The position numbers and the translations under genes were made by a program. Below the pieces are notes generated by a model. That model was given only the letters and a program-made list of their open reading frames with translations, ran no database searches and was not told the DNA's origin. From Raphidiopsis brookii D9 (GTDB taxonomy: Bacteria; Cyanobacteriota; Cyanobacteriia; Cyanobacteriales; Nostocaceae), in the NCBI GenBank assembly GCA_000175855.1, contig ACYB01000037.1, positions 90,001-122,000 of the forward strand: a stretch of 32,000 bases of DNA. The letters run 5' to 3'. Of the stretch, positions 11,341 to 19,458 are shown piece by piece; within the stretch, counting starts at the first letter, position 1, and every line of letters begins with the position of its first letter.

Positions 11341-12075
11341 TTAACAATCATCAGATATCTTGGGAGGTGCAAACCAGGATAAGTATTTTTCCGGAATTAA
11401 TGAATTATATTCAAATACTGACACTGTGGGTTTTAGTGTAAATAAACTGATTGAATATACTACCAGTATGGCAATCTCCCGACCTAGCTGTTGAATTTCT
11501 TCCTCTTTTTCAGTAATACTTTCCAAGATGCTCTCAAAATCCCATTCTTCGCATTCTTGTATGATTTCTGCTAAAGAACATTCTTCGATATACTGATCAT
11601 CGTAGGGAGTGTGGTTTATTAATAAAGGACTTTTTTCCCCTTCTATCTCTAATGAGACTACATGCTCATATCCGGTATAAAATTTTTCATCATCATAAGC
11701 ATTCGTACACTCTATAACCTTGTAATCCATTAAACCTATGGACAACTTAAAGGTTGCCAACATCCAATTACTTGGCTGTGTTCTAATTATATCTATATAA
11801 TCCATTTCCCAACTATATTTTCTGTGATCCAGTTTGCCTAGAAACTTTTGAAATCCCTCTGTAAATAATATGCATCCAGCATCAGTCCGTAAAGTATCAA
11901 CTATCCTATTTAACGCGACACACTGGTCCTCTAGTAAATGATCGAACGCATCATAAATTTCCTTTACTCGCTCATCTAAAATTTGGCGTATAGTTACAAA
12001 TTGGTGTTCAGTCTGTTTAGCATGTTCTTCTGATAATGCTTGATAACTAGATAATAGTGAATCAATATTTGTCAT
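11341..12075 (-). CDS. hypothetical protein of unknown function, N-terminal coiled-coil-like
   Basis: Open 244-aa ORF preceded by a good RBS (GTAGGAGGCAAATTATG on the minus strand). No family recognised from sequence. Confidence 0.75.
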   Translation of the reverse strand: MTNIDSLLSSYQALSEEHAKQTEHQFVTIRQILDERVKEIYDAFDHLLEDQCVALNRIVDTLRTDAGCILFTEGFQKFLGKLDHRKYSWEMDYIDIIRTQPSNWMLATFKLSIGLMDYKVIECTNAYDDEKFYTGYEHVVSLEIEGEKSPLLINHTPYDDQYIEECSLAEIIQECEEWDFESILESITEKEEEIQQLGREIAILVVYSISLFTLKPTVSVFEYNSLIPEKYLSWFAPPKISDDC

Positions 12076-12284
12076 AATTTGCCTCCTACTTAATTGATCA
12101 ACACAGTGAACTGGGTAACCAATTCCACCTTAAAGCTGGAAGGTTCCACCTTTTATTAGTATATTTGTTCTACAAAAAATTGGCAACCACCTAATGTTAA
12201 GAATTATTAACAGGGGAAACAATGAGGATTGGGAATATGGAAAGAGCCAATTCGTGATATTGTGTAGTCAGTTGTAAATGCTTA

Positions 12285-12557
12285 GTGAATATGCCTTGGT
12301 TTGTCAAAATAGAAGCAGGACTAGTGGATAAAGCCACCTTTGATCAGTATGTCCCAGCTCATAAAGAATACGTAAAAGAACTAATAGACAAAGGACATAA
12401 AGCTAAAACTGGTTATTGGGCGAGAAAAGGTGGAGGAATGATGTTATTTGAGGCAGATTCTATGGAAGAAGCCCAGGCAATTGTTAGTGCTGATCCCTTG
12501 GTAATTAACGGTTGTGTGAGTTATGAACTACACGAGTGGAAAATTGTTTTAGAATAG
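12285..12557 (+). CDS. YciI-like (YCII-related) family protein
   Basis: PWFVKIEAGLVDKATFDQYVPAHKEYVKELIDKG...ADSMEEAQAIVSADPLVINGCVSYELHEWKIV. A start at 12291 (MPWFVKIE) is also possible. Confidence 0.85.
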   Translation: MNMPWFVKIEAGLVDKATFDQYVPAHKEYVKELIDKGHKAKTGYWARKGGGMMLFEADSMEEAQAIVSADPLVINGCVSYELHEWKIVLE

Positions 12558-12594
12558 TTGACCATTTTAGAAATTTTGTGTTATTATAAATTCA

Positions 12595-12690
12595 GACCTG
12601 GATCTATGCGATCTCAACGCCTAAACCTTGTCAGGACCGGAAGGTAGCAGCAATACGGGATGCTTGTGGTAGGCGTAGTCTCCGGGTTCC
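12595..12690 (+). ncRNA. ffs: bacterial small signal recognition particle RNA (4.5S-like)
   Basis: Hallmark GTCAGGACCGGAAGGTAGCAGCA; helix ACGCCTA (12617-12623)/TAGGCGT (12670-12676) and closing helix ACCTGGA (12596-12602)/TCCGGGT (12681-12687). Confidence 0.94.
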
Positions 12691-12716
12691 CCCATTTTTA
12701 GGAGTGCTTTACGGCA

Positions 12717-13019
12717 ATGCCCGCTTTTGGAAAACTTGTAGAAAAAGCTTTTTACCTAGGTGTAGGTCTAGCAGCTTATGCCAGCGAAAGAGGTGGTGAA
12801 ACCCTTAACCAAATGCGATCGCAAATTGAAAAATTAGCGGAGGAAATGGAAGCGAAGGGACAAATGACCACAGAGGAAGCTCGTCGTTTTGTAGAGGAGA
12901 TGATCCAACAGGCTCAGCAGTCCCAGGGTACAGCACCGGACTCAGATAAAACTACCCCTGCAGAACCTCGTTTGATAGAAATAGTGGATGTGGAAGAGGT
13001 GGAAGAGAAAGACAAGTGA
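12717..13019 (+). CDS. phasin-like small helical protein
   Basis: MPAFGKLVEKAFYLGVGLAAYASERGGETLNQMRSQIEKLAEEMEAKGQMTTEEARRFVEEMIQQ, a short phasin-like coiled-coil pattern. Confidence 0.6.
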   Translation: MPAFGKLVEKAFYLGVGLAAYASERGGETLNQMRSQIEKLAEEMEAKGQMTTEEARRFVEEMIQQAQQSQGTAPDSDKTTPAEPRLIEIVDVEEVEEKDK

Positions 13020-13060
13020 TAATAAAAATGCAATTTGTTTTAGCTATTGCATAAAAATCT

Positions 13061-13450
13061 ATGACATCGTGGCAAGAAGAATTACTTGATATTGTTGTAA
13101 CCGTATCTGCTGAAGCAGAAAAGCTATTCGAAGAAATCGATGAGATGGTAGATGCTCTTTTCGATTTAACCGAAGAAATTGGTGAACAGGTTGGGAGAGA
13201 CCTGGTATCAGGTGCGGGTGTGTGTTTAAGTGAGTTATTAGACCCACTAGTGGATTTCTGTTCGGAGCTGGAGGTCATAGGATTAGAGGATCCTAGCTTT
13301 CCATATAGGGTAGAAGCTGGGTCACTGAGAAATCCTGCATGCGTGGGTTGTAGTAACTATCACGGAGAAGTATATGGTGGAAACTTACTAGTTTGCGCCA
13401 TGCACCCTTATGGTTGGGATGGGGAAAAATGTCCCGACTGGGGGGAATAG
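13061..13450 (+). CDS. conserved-looking hypothetical protein with a C-terminal Cys/His motif
   Basis: 130-codon ORF. Acidic helical N-terminus and a C-terminal CVGCSNYHGEVYGGNLLVCAMHPYGWDGEKCPDW metal-site-like motif. Confidence 0.75.
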   Translation: MTSWQEELLDIVVTVSAEAEKLFEEIDEMVDALFDLTEEIGEQVGRDLVSGAGVCLSELLDPLVDFCSELEVIGLEDPSFPYRVEAGSLRNPACVGCSNYHGEVYGGNLLVCAMHPYGWDGEKCPDWGE

Positions 13451-13512
13451 AAATTTTTTTGTGTGATATGTGATAATAGATAATATATGCTTTTTAGTGA
13501 GTCCCAATAATT

Positions 13513-13941
13513 ATGAGTCATTCCGTTAGTAACATTCTACCAAGTGAAAACCCCGTTAAAGAAGTGAAATATGGTGAGCGAGAAATCGAAGAAGGCAAAC
13601 TAATTACCTTTCCCAATCCTCGCGTAGGTAGGGAATACACAATTGATATTACCTTACCTGAATTCACCTGTAAATGTCCTTTTTCAGGTTATCCTGACTT
13701 TGCCACAATTCATATTATTTACATACCAGATCAAAGAGTAGTAGAGTTAAAAGCCTTAAAGTTATATATTAACAGCTACCGGGACAAATACATTTCCCAC
13801 GAAGAAGTGGCCAATCAAGTACTAGATGATATGGTTGTTGCCTGTGCCCCATTAGAAATGACTGTAAAAGCTGATTTTAGTCCTCGTGGTAACGTACATA
13901 TGGTAGTAGAAGTAAAGCATAAAAAGGGAGTAGCATTATAA
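13513..13941 (+). CDS. queF: NADPH-dependent 7-cyano-7-deazaguanine reductase (preQ1 synthase)
   Basis: EFTCKCPFSGYPDFATIHIIYIPDQRVVELKALKLYINSYRDKYISHEEVANQVLDDMV, canonical QueF Cys and E(S/L)K-type motifs. Confidence 0.96.
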   Translation: MSHSVSNILPSENPVKEVKYGEREIEEGKLITFPNPRVGREYTIDITLPEFTCKCPFSGYPDFATIHIIYIPDQRVVELKALKLYINSYRDKYISHEEVANQVLDDMVVACAPLEMTVKADFSPRGNVHMVVEVKHKKGVAL

Positions 13942-14143
13942 TCCTCATACCAATCTTATGCTGCATTAGGTTCCTGGACAGAGACGGAGATGTTCTGGTA
14001 TCTGATTGCGATCGCCATGTCGTAGCAGATATTATAAGTTTAAGTTGAGTGCCATAGTGTCCAATAGATGAAGATAAAGCGGTTTGTACAAAACCAGATT
14101 ATCATTGGTGAAAGTAGCGAACTGCTTGAGGTGAACCAGGATC

Positions 14144-15688
14144 ATGAATATTACAGATCTCTCAAGTCCACACGTCTTATTAGATAGCTTGCTCAACCTC
14201 CGACAAGCAGTAGAAAGAGATGGGAAAACTATTTTTGACCAATGGCGATCGCACATCCAGCGTTCCCAATTTCTCCCTAGCGCCCTCAACTTAGCCCAGT
14301 ATTTAGCCTTGCGGAGACATGACCTGCGTCCTTTGCAAGCTGCCCTTATGCCTTGGGGCTTGTCTTCTTTGGGTCGTATAGAAGCAAGAGTAATGGCCAA
14401 TTTAGATGCGGTTATTGCTACTCTAGCATTAATTTGCGAAGTTCCCATTCCCACATCTGTTACCCGTCCTGTTATCACATCTTTTTTTGAGGGAGAGAAT
14501 AGGTTAAGGGAACAGACAGAGTGCTTATTTGGTCCAGCTTTACCCCATCGTCGGGTGCGAATTATGGTCACCTTACCCACAGAAGCTGCTAGTGAATATG
14601 AAATGGTGCGGGAGATAATTGAGCGAGGTGCAACTTGTTTAAGAATAAACTGTGCTCATGACAATCCTAGTATTTGGGAAAAGATGATTCAGAACATTCG
14701 TCAAGCTGAACAAGAACTTTCATGTCAATGTACAGTGATGATGGATTTAGGTGGTCCCAAAATTCGCACCGAAATGGTTTTATCCCCTGTAGGTAAAAAT
14801 CGTGTCTTCCGAGGAGATTTAATTGTTTTGTGTCGTAGTTTGTCTAACCAAGCGATCGCAGATCCTATAGATAATATTCAGATTAGTTGTACAGTACCAG
14901 AAATTCTGGACTTACTAAAAGTGGGCACCTTAGTTTATATTGACGATGGTAAATTACGTACTCGGGTGGTTGATCAAGATTATCCTTTACCAGATGGTGG
15001 TTCTGGGTTTTTATTGGAGGTGACCCATGCTAAACCCAAGGGGGTGAAGCTGTCTCCGGAAAAGGGACTAAATTTTCCCAACATAGTATTACCCCTAATT
15101 CCACTGACACCAAAGGATCTAACTGATTTAGACTTCCTAGCTACCCATGCGGATATTATTGGCTATTCCTTTGTCCAACAAACAACAGATATCCAACTAT
15201 TACAAAGCGAACTAGCACGACGATGTTTACACGGGGAACATCCAGCGATTATTGCCAAGATTGAAACCGCTGTAGCAGTTACTAACTTACCTGAACTAAT
15301 TGTTCATGCAGCGGGGAAACACCCCTTTGGAGTAATGATTGCTAGGGGAGATCTAGCGGTAGAAATTGGCTATCAAAGATTAGCAGAGATCCAAGAAGAA
15401 ATTCTCTGGTTGTGTGAAGCTGCGCACGTTCCAGTGATTTGGGCAACTCAGGTATTAGAGAGTTTAGTCAAGGAAGGTGCTCCATCGCGCGGGGAAATGA
15501 CAGATGCAGCTATGGCCGAGAGAGCTGAATGTGTTATGTTGAACAAGGGACCATTTATTACCCAAGCTGTCACCATCTTAGATGATGTGCTGACTAGGAT
15601 GGAAGCTCATCAATTAAAGAAAACCCCCAATTGCGGGCCCTGCGTTCCTGGGAGAACTTTTCTGCTTCGGGGGGCGACATTTAATTGA
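14144..15688 (+). CDS. divergent pyruvate-kinase-like protein with an N-terminal extension and no C-terminal domain
   Basis: VRIMVTLPTEAASEYEMV...GATCLRINCAHD, MMDLGGPKIRTE, AIIAKIETAVAVTNLPELI, MIARGDLAVEIG, VPVIWATQVLESLVKEGAPSRGEMTDAAMAERAECVMLNKGP. It ends soon after the barrel. Confidence 0.85.
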   Translation: MNITDLSSPHVLLDSLLNLRQAVERDGKTIFDQWRSHIQRSQFLPSALNLAQYLALRRHDLRPLQAALMPWGLSSLGRIEARVMANLDAVIATLALICEVPIPTSVTRPVITSFFEGENRLREQTECLFGPALPHRRVRIMVTLPTEAASEYEMVREIIERGATCLRINCAHDNPSIWEKMIQNIRQAEQELSCQCTVMMDLGGPKIRTEMVLSPVGKNRVFRGDLIVLCRSLSNQAIADPIDNIQISCTVPEILDLLKVGTLVYIDDGKLRTRVVDQDYPLPDGGSGFLLEVTHAKPKGVKLSPEKGLNFPNIVLPLIPLTPKDLTDLDFLATHADIIGYSFVQQTTDIQLLQSELARRCLHGEHPAIIAKIETAVAVTNLPELIVHAAGKHPFGVMIARGDLAVEIGYQRLAEIQEEILWLCEAAHVPVIWATQVLESLVKEGAPSRGEMTDAAMAERAECVMLNKGPFITQAVTILDDVLTRMEAHQLKKTPNCGPCVPGRTFLLRGATFN

Positions 15689-15814
15689 TATGAAATAGGT
15701 CGTGTCTGCTTTCGTTCCTAGGAGCTGTTAACAGCTTGAGACTTGACGCTTAAATATTGGCGCACCCAGTTAGTAACATATTTGTCCATAAATGGGTGTA
15801 ACCTTTTTATCCCT

Positions 15815-15925
15815 TCATAAGCTCTTAATCCAACTATTGCTAACCATTAGATAATCAGCGATCATGAAGGCTTGATCCTGTTTATCTGCTCTTAATTTAG
15901 CTGTTAATTCTCGGTTATTTATCAT
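15815..15925 (-). other. possible 36-aa small ORF or gene remnant
   Basis: Minus-strand MINNRELTAKLRADKQDQAFMIADYLMVSNSWIKSL*, with protein-like composition but no clear RBS. Confidence 0.2.
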
Positions 15926-16141
15926 GCATCGGAGGTAAAAAAAAACCAGGTTTTATCACTCTTTAGATATAGTTTAGATATCTATTGTGCATAGCTAATC
16001 TAATATACTGATCATTGATTTAATAATTGACTGTTCTCAATCAATTTATATATAAAAAATTACAAAAATATACAGATAAAACCAGCCAAAATAGTCTTAT
16101 CCAGGATATATATTAACTAGTATATATTAGGGAGAAAAAAT

Positions 16142-17740
16142 ATGACTGGGAAAGAGATATTACCAGAAATTGAACAATTTCGTATTTTACAATCAACCCT
16201 AGGGGAGCGCTGGAAACCCAGTGAGATATTTGACAATAGTGAGACTGATATTTTAATTATTCCTTCCTTGAGTATTGATCAGCGAGAACTAGAAAAAGTT
16301 CCGGGTTGTGAGCATTATGAGGAAAGATTACTATTTTCTCTCATTCGTTTGCGCAACCCCCGAAATAGATTAATTTATGTCACATCCATGCCCATACATC
16401 CTAGCATTATTGACTATTATTTACAATTGCTACCGGGAATTCCGTTTTCCCATGCTCGCCATCGTCTATTAATGCTTTCTACCTACGATTCTTCTTTAAA
16501 ACCGCTCAGTCAAAAAATCTTAGAACGCCCCCGATTAATAGAGAGAATACGCCAAGCATTACAGATAGATAAAGCTTTTATAAGTTGTTACAACTCAACA
16601 TTTTGGGAAGCAGAATTATCCCTAAAATTGAATATACCTCTGTATGCTGCTGCGCCAGATTTACAAATTTGGGGAACAAAAAGTGGTAGTCGAGAAATTT
16701 TTGCTCAAACTGGTGTACATCATCCAGATGGTAGTAAGTTGGTCTGGAATGCAAAAGAGCTGGCCAGGGAAGTGGCTAAGTTGTGGGAACGTCAACCACA
16801 TCTAAAAAAAATAGTTGTCAAACTAAATCAGGGTATATCTGGAAAGGGAAATGCCATCTTAAATTTGCTTCCTTTAACAGATTTTGCTCCCGGTAAAACC
16901 AACCATGTTAAAAGAGCAGAGTCCATTGAAAAAAGCTTTGTGAATCTACGTTTTCAAGCCCAACAAGAAAATTGGATAAACTTCTCTCAACTCATTTTAG
17001 AAATGGGAGCGATCGCCGAATCATTTATAGAAGGTGAAATCAAATATTCCCCCAGTGTACAGGGAAGAATTACCCCCGATGGGACGGTAGAAATACTTTC
17101 CACCCACGATCAAATTCTCGGTGGTCCGGATGGACAAATTTATCTAGGGTGTCGGTTTCCAGCCAATGAGAATTATAGAGTAGAATTACAAGATATTGGT
17201 TTAGCTGTAGGCAAAAAACTGTCAGAAAAAGGAGCATTGGAAAGATTTGGTGTGGATTTTGTAGTAGTGGATAAAGGTAATGGCCAATGGGATATCCAAG
17301 CTATTGAAATTAATTTACGTAAAGGCGGTACTACTCACCCTTTTATGACTTTAAAGTTATTAACCAATGGAAGCTATGATTTATCCACCGGGTTATTTTA
17401 CAGTCAACAAGGAAAACCTAAATATTATGTTGCTACGGACAATTTACAAAAAGACTCCTACCGTGGGCTATTACCCAGTGACTTAATGGATATTATTGCC
17501 CATCACCGATTACATTTTGACAGCGGAACAGAAACGGGAACTGTATTTCATCTCATGGGTTGTATTTCTCAGTTTGGCAAACTAGGTTTAACTAGTATTG
17601 GCAATTCCCCTGAACAAGCAGAAGAAATTCATAATCGGGTTATTCATGTGCTTGACCAAGAAACCAATAATCAAATTAATCATTACTCCCTATTCTCTAA
17701 CTATGCTTTTCCCATAGTTGAGGATACTTTTGGTTATTAA
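16142..17740 (+). CDS. PGM1-like / pre-ATP-grasp-domain ligase-like protein
   Basis: KKIVVKLNQGISGKGNAILNL, AESFIEGEIKYSPSVQGRITPDGTVEILSTHDQILGGPDGQIYLGCRFPA, FGVDFVVVDKGNGQWDIQAIEINLRKGGTTHPFMTLKLLTNG. RBS-like AGGGAGA upstream. Confidence 0.75.
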   Translation: MTGKEILPEIEQFRILQSTLGERWKPSEIFDNSETDILIIPSLSIDQRELEKVPGCEHYEERLLFSLIRLRNPRNRLIYVTSMPIHPSIIDYYLQLLPGIPFSHARHRLLMLSTYDSSLKPLSQKILERPRLIERIRQALQIDKAFISCYNSTFWEAELSLKLNIPLYAAAPDLQIWGTKSGSREIFAQTGVHHPDGSKLVWNAKELAREVAKLWERQPHLKKIVVKLNQGISGKGNAILNLLPLTDFAPGKTNHVKRAESIEKSFVNLRFQAQQENWINFSQLILEMGAIAESFIEGEIKYSPSVQGRITPDGTVEILSTHDQILGGPDGQIYLGCRFPANENYRVELQDIGLAVGKKLSEKGALERFGVDFVVVDKGNGQWDIQAIEINLRKGGTTHPFMTLKLLTNGSYDLSTGLFYSQQGKPKYYVATDNLQKDSYRGLLPSDLMDIIAHHRLHFDSGTETGTVFHLMGCISQFGKLGLTSIGNSPEQAEEIHNRVIHVLDQETNNQINHYSLFSNYAFPIVEDTFGY

Positions 17741-18006
17741 TAACTGTTCTCCTTATAATATCTGATTTCATCAGATTCCGTTGCTCGCCATAACAGAGCA
17801 TTATCATTTATTAATATACATTTGTCTAGTAAAGCAATGATGAGAGATCACATGACCTCTATGTCGTTTGATTACATAATAATCGGAATAAATAAGAATA
17901 ATATGATATGTCTCAACTCTTGCCTTTTGACGATGATTCTGTTATGATTAACACTTAGTTGCCACAAAAAGCGAAAGTTGGCCTTCCCTAGTTGAGTTAA
18001 GATAAC

Positions 18007-18981
18007 ATGAAAAAATTTTTTTGCTCGGACTACTCACGAAAAATAGGAGAAGAAATAATTGGTAGTGCAACCAACTACCAAACTTATGTTTTAGTGGAAT
18101 GTCCACCTCCTTGGATATCGGAAGCATTTGGCTCCAAATGGGTGCCTAGTAACCTGCAATTGCTACACGGGGAGTTAAAAAGTAAGAAAATACCAATTAG
18201 ATTGTTATTGATTGCCAAGGAAGATTCCCATAAAAATCAAGAAACCACACTGCTGATCTATCATAAACCCCAGGGTTTAACAAAAAGTTATATTAAGCGA
18301 GAATTTAAGTTGCCAAATATTGATTTAGCAGAGGGCGAAATAAGAAAATGGTTGGCAGGTAAAAATAGTAATTACGAAACACAAAATAAATTTACTAGGG
18401 ATATTCTTATTTGTACCCATGGCGGTCATGATCAATGTTGTGCTAGGTATGGCAACCCCTTTTATTTTCACGCCCAGAAGACAATTGTGGAGTTGCAATT
18501 AGAGGAAGTGAGAATTTGGAGATCTAGTCATATTGGTGGACATCGTTTCGCCCCCACAGCTATAGATTTACCGGAAGCTAGATACTATGGACTATTGGAT
18601 CAACACTCCTTACAAGCGATTTTATGTCGTGCTGGAGACATTAAAATTCTAGATAGGGTTTATCGTGGGTGGGGTGTTTTACCACCAGCATTGCAGGTTT
18701 TAGAGAGGGAAATAATTTACAATCAGGGATGGGATTGGTTTAATAACAAGGCATCAGGAAGAGTGTTAGAGCAAAGCATGGACAATAATACAATATTAGC
18801 AGAGCTAAGTTATGAAAATTCTTCTGGTTGTTTATATACTCTTCAAGCCAAACTTATCAAAGATACGGTCAAAACCCAAATCTTAAAGACTTCTTGTCAT
18901 GCAACAGAACAATCACTAGTTGTTAAATATGCTATTGATAACCTGTATGCTGAATCCACAGCGGTTGTATCTGTAACCTAA
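18007..18981 (+). CDS. sucrase/ferredoxin-like family protein (thioredoxin-like [2Fe-2S] type)
   Basis: ILICTHGGHDQCCARYGNPFYF and VRIWRSSHIGGHRFAPTAIDLPEARYYGLLD. Confidence 0.88.
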   Translation: MKKFFCSDYSRKIGEEIIGSATNYQTYVLVECPPPWISEAFGSKWVPSNLQLLHGELKSKKIPIRLLLIAKEDSHKNQETTLLIYHKPQGLTKSYIKREFKLPNIDLAEGEIRKWLAGKNSNYETQNKFTRDILICTHGGHDQCCARYGNPFYFHAQKTIVELQLEEVRIWRSSHIGGHRFAPTAIDLPEARYYGLLDQHSLQAILCRAGDIKILDRVYRGWGVLPPALQVLEREIIYNQGWDWFNNKASGRVLEQSMDNNTILAELSYENSSGCLYTLQAKLIKDTVKTQILKTSCHATEQSLVVKYAIDNLYAESTAVVSVT

Positions 18982-18992
18982 TTCAGAATGCT

Positions 18993-19388
18993 ATGTTACA
19001 AAACCTTACTCTCCGTCAATTATTAGCCATTGGTTTAGGTGCGATCGCCGGTGCTTTAGTTCGTTACTACTTAACGTTTTGGTTCACGTTGAACCTGGGG
19101 ACAAGTTTTCCTTATGGGACATTTTTTATTAATCTTACTGGTTGCGTAGCAATGGGGTTTTTTACCGGTTGGATGGGACAAAAAACCATAATTTCACAGG
19201 AAGTAAGGTTAATGATTTCTACAGGATTCTTAGGCGCATATACAACTTTTTCTACATATAGTTTAGAGTCCTTAGCCTTGATTCAGGGGGGATATTTTTT
19301 CAAGGCTATTTTTTATTGGTTAGGTAGCGCAGTTTTAGGAGTTACTGGTTTATACTTGGGTGTGGTGTTTGCTCGTTATTTATTGTAG
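18993..19388 (+). CDS. crcB: fluoride efflux transporter CrcB/Fluc
   Basis: AIGLGAIAGALVRYYLT, PYGTFFINLTGCVAMGFFTG, STGFLGAYTTFSTYSLE. Confidence 0.95.
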   Translation: MLQNLTLRQLLAIGLGAIAGALVRYYLTFWFTLNLGTSFPYGTFFINLTGCVAMGFFTGWMGQKTIISQEVRLMISTGFLGAYTTFSTYSLESLALIQGGYFFKAIFYWLGSAVLGVTGLYLGVVFARYLL

Positions 19389-19458
19389 TTTTAAATCAAA
19401 TTTACCGTATTTAGTGGAGACATTAATAATATAAATAATACAAATAATATAAATCATC

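Noticed and set aside
12952-13278. Minus-strand ORFs (108 and 62 aa) in the phasin-like/Cys-motif region
   Set aside because: Shadow ORFs opposite two well-formed plus-strand genes, with Ser/Thr-rich artefactual composition.
14032-14580. 182-aa minus-strand ORF
   Set aside because: Antisense to the start of the clearly coding pyruvate-kinase-like gene; low-complexity basic composition and no family motif.
17837-17947. 36-aa ORF MMRDHMTSMSFDYIIIGINKNNMICLNSCLLTMILL between the ATP-grasp ligase and the sucrase/ferredoxin-like gene, considered as a possible precursor peptide
   Set aside because: No RBS, multiple alternative Mets, no leader/core-like pattern and AT-rich composition explain it. 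Not supported without conservation data.
18981-19000. Possible fluoride riboswitch before crcB
   Set aside because: The gap to the upstream gene is only 11 nt, too short for a crcB-motif riboswitch.
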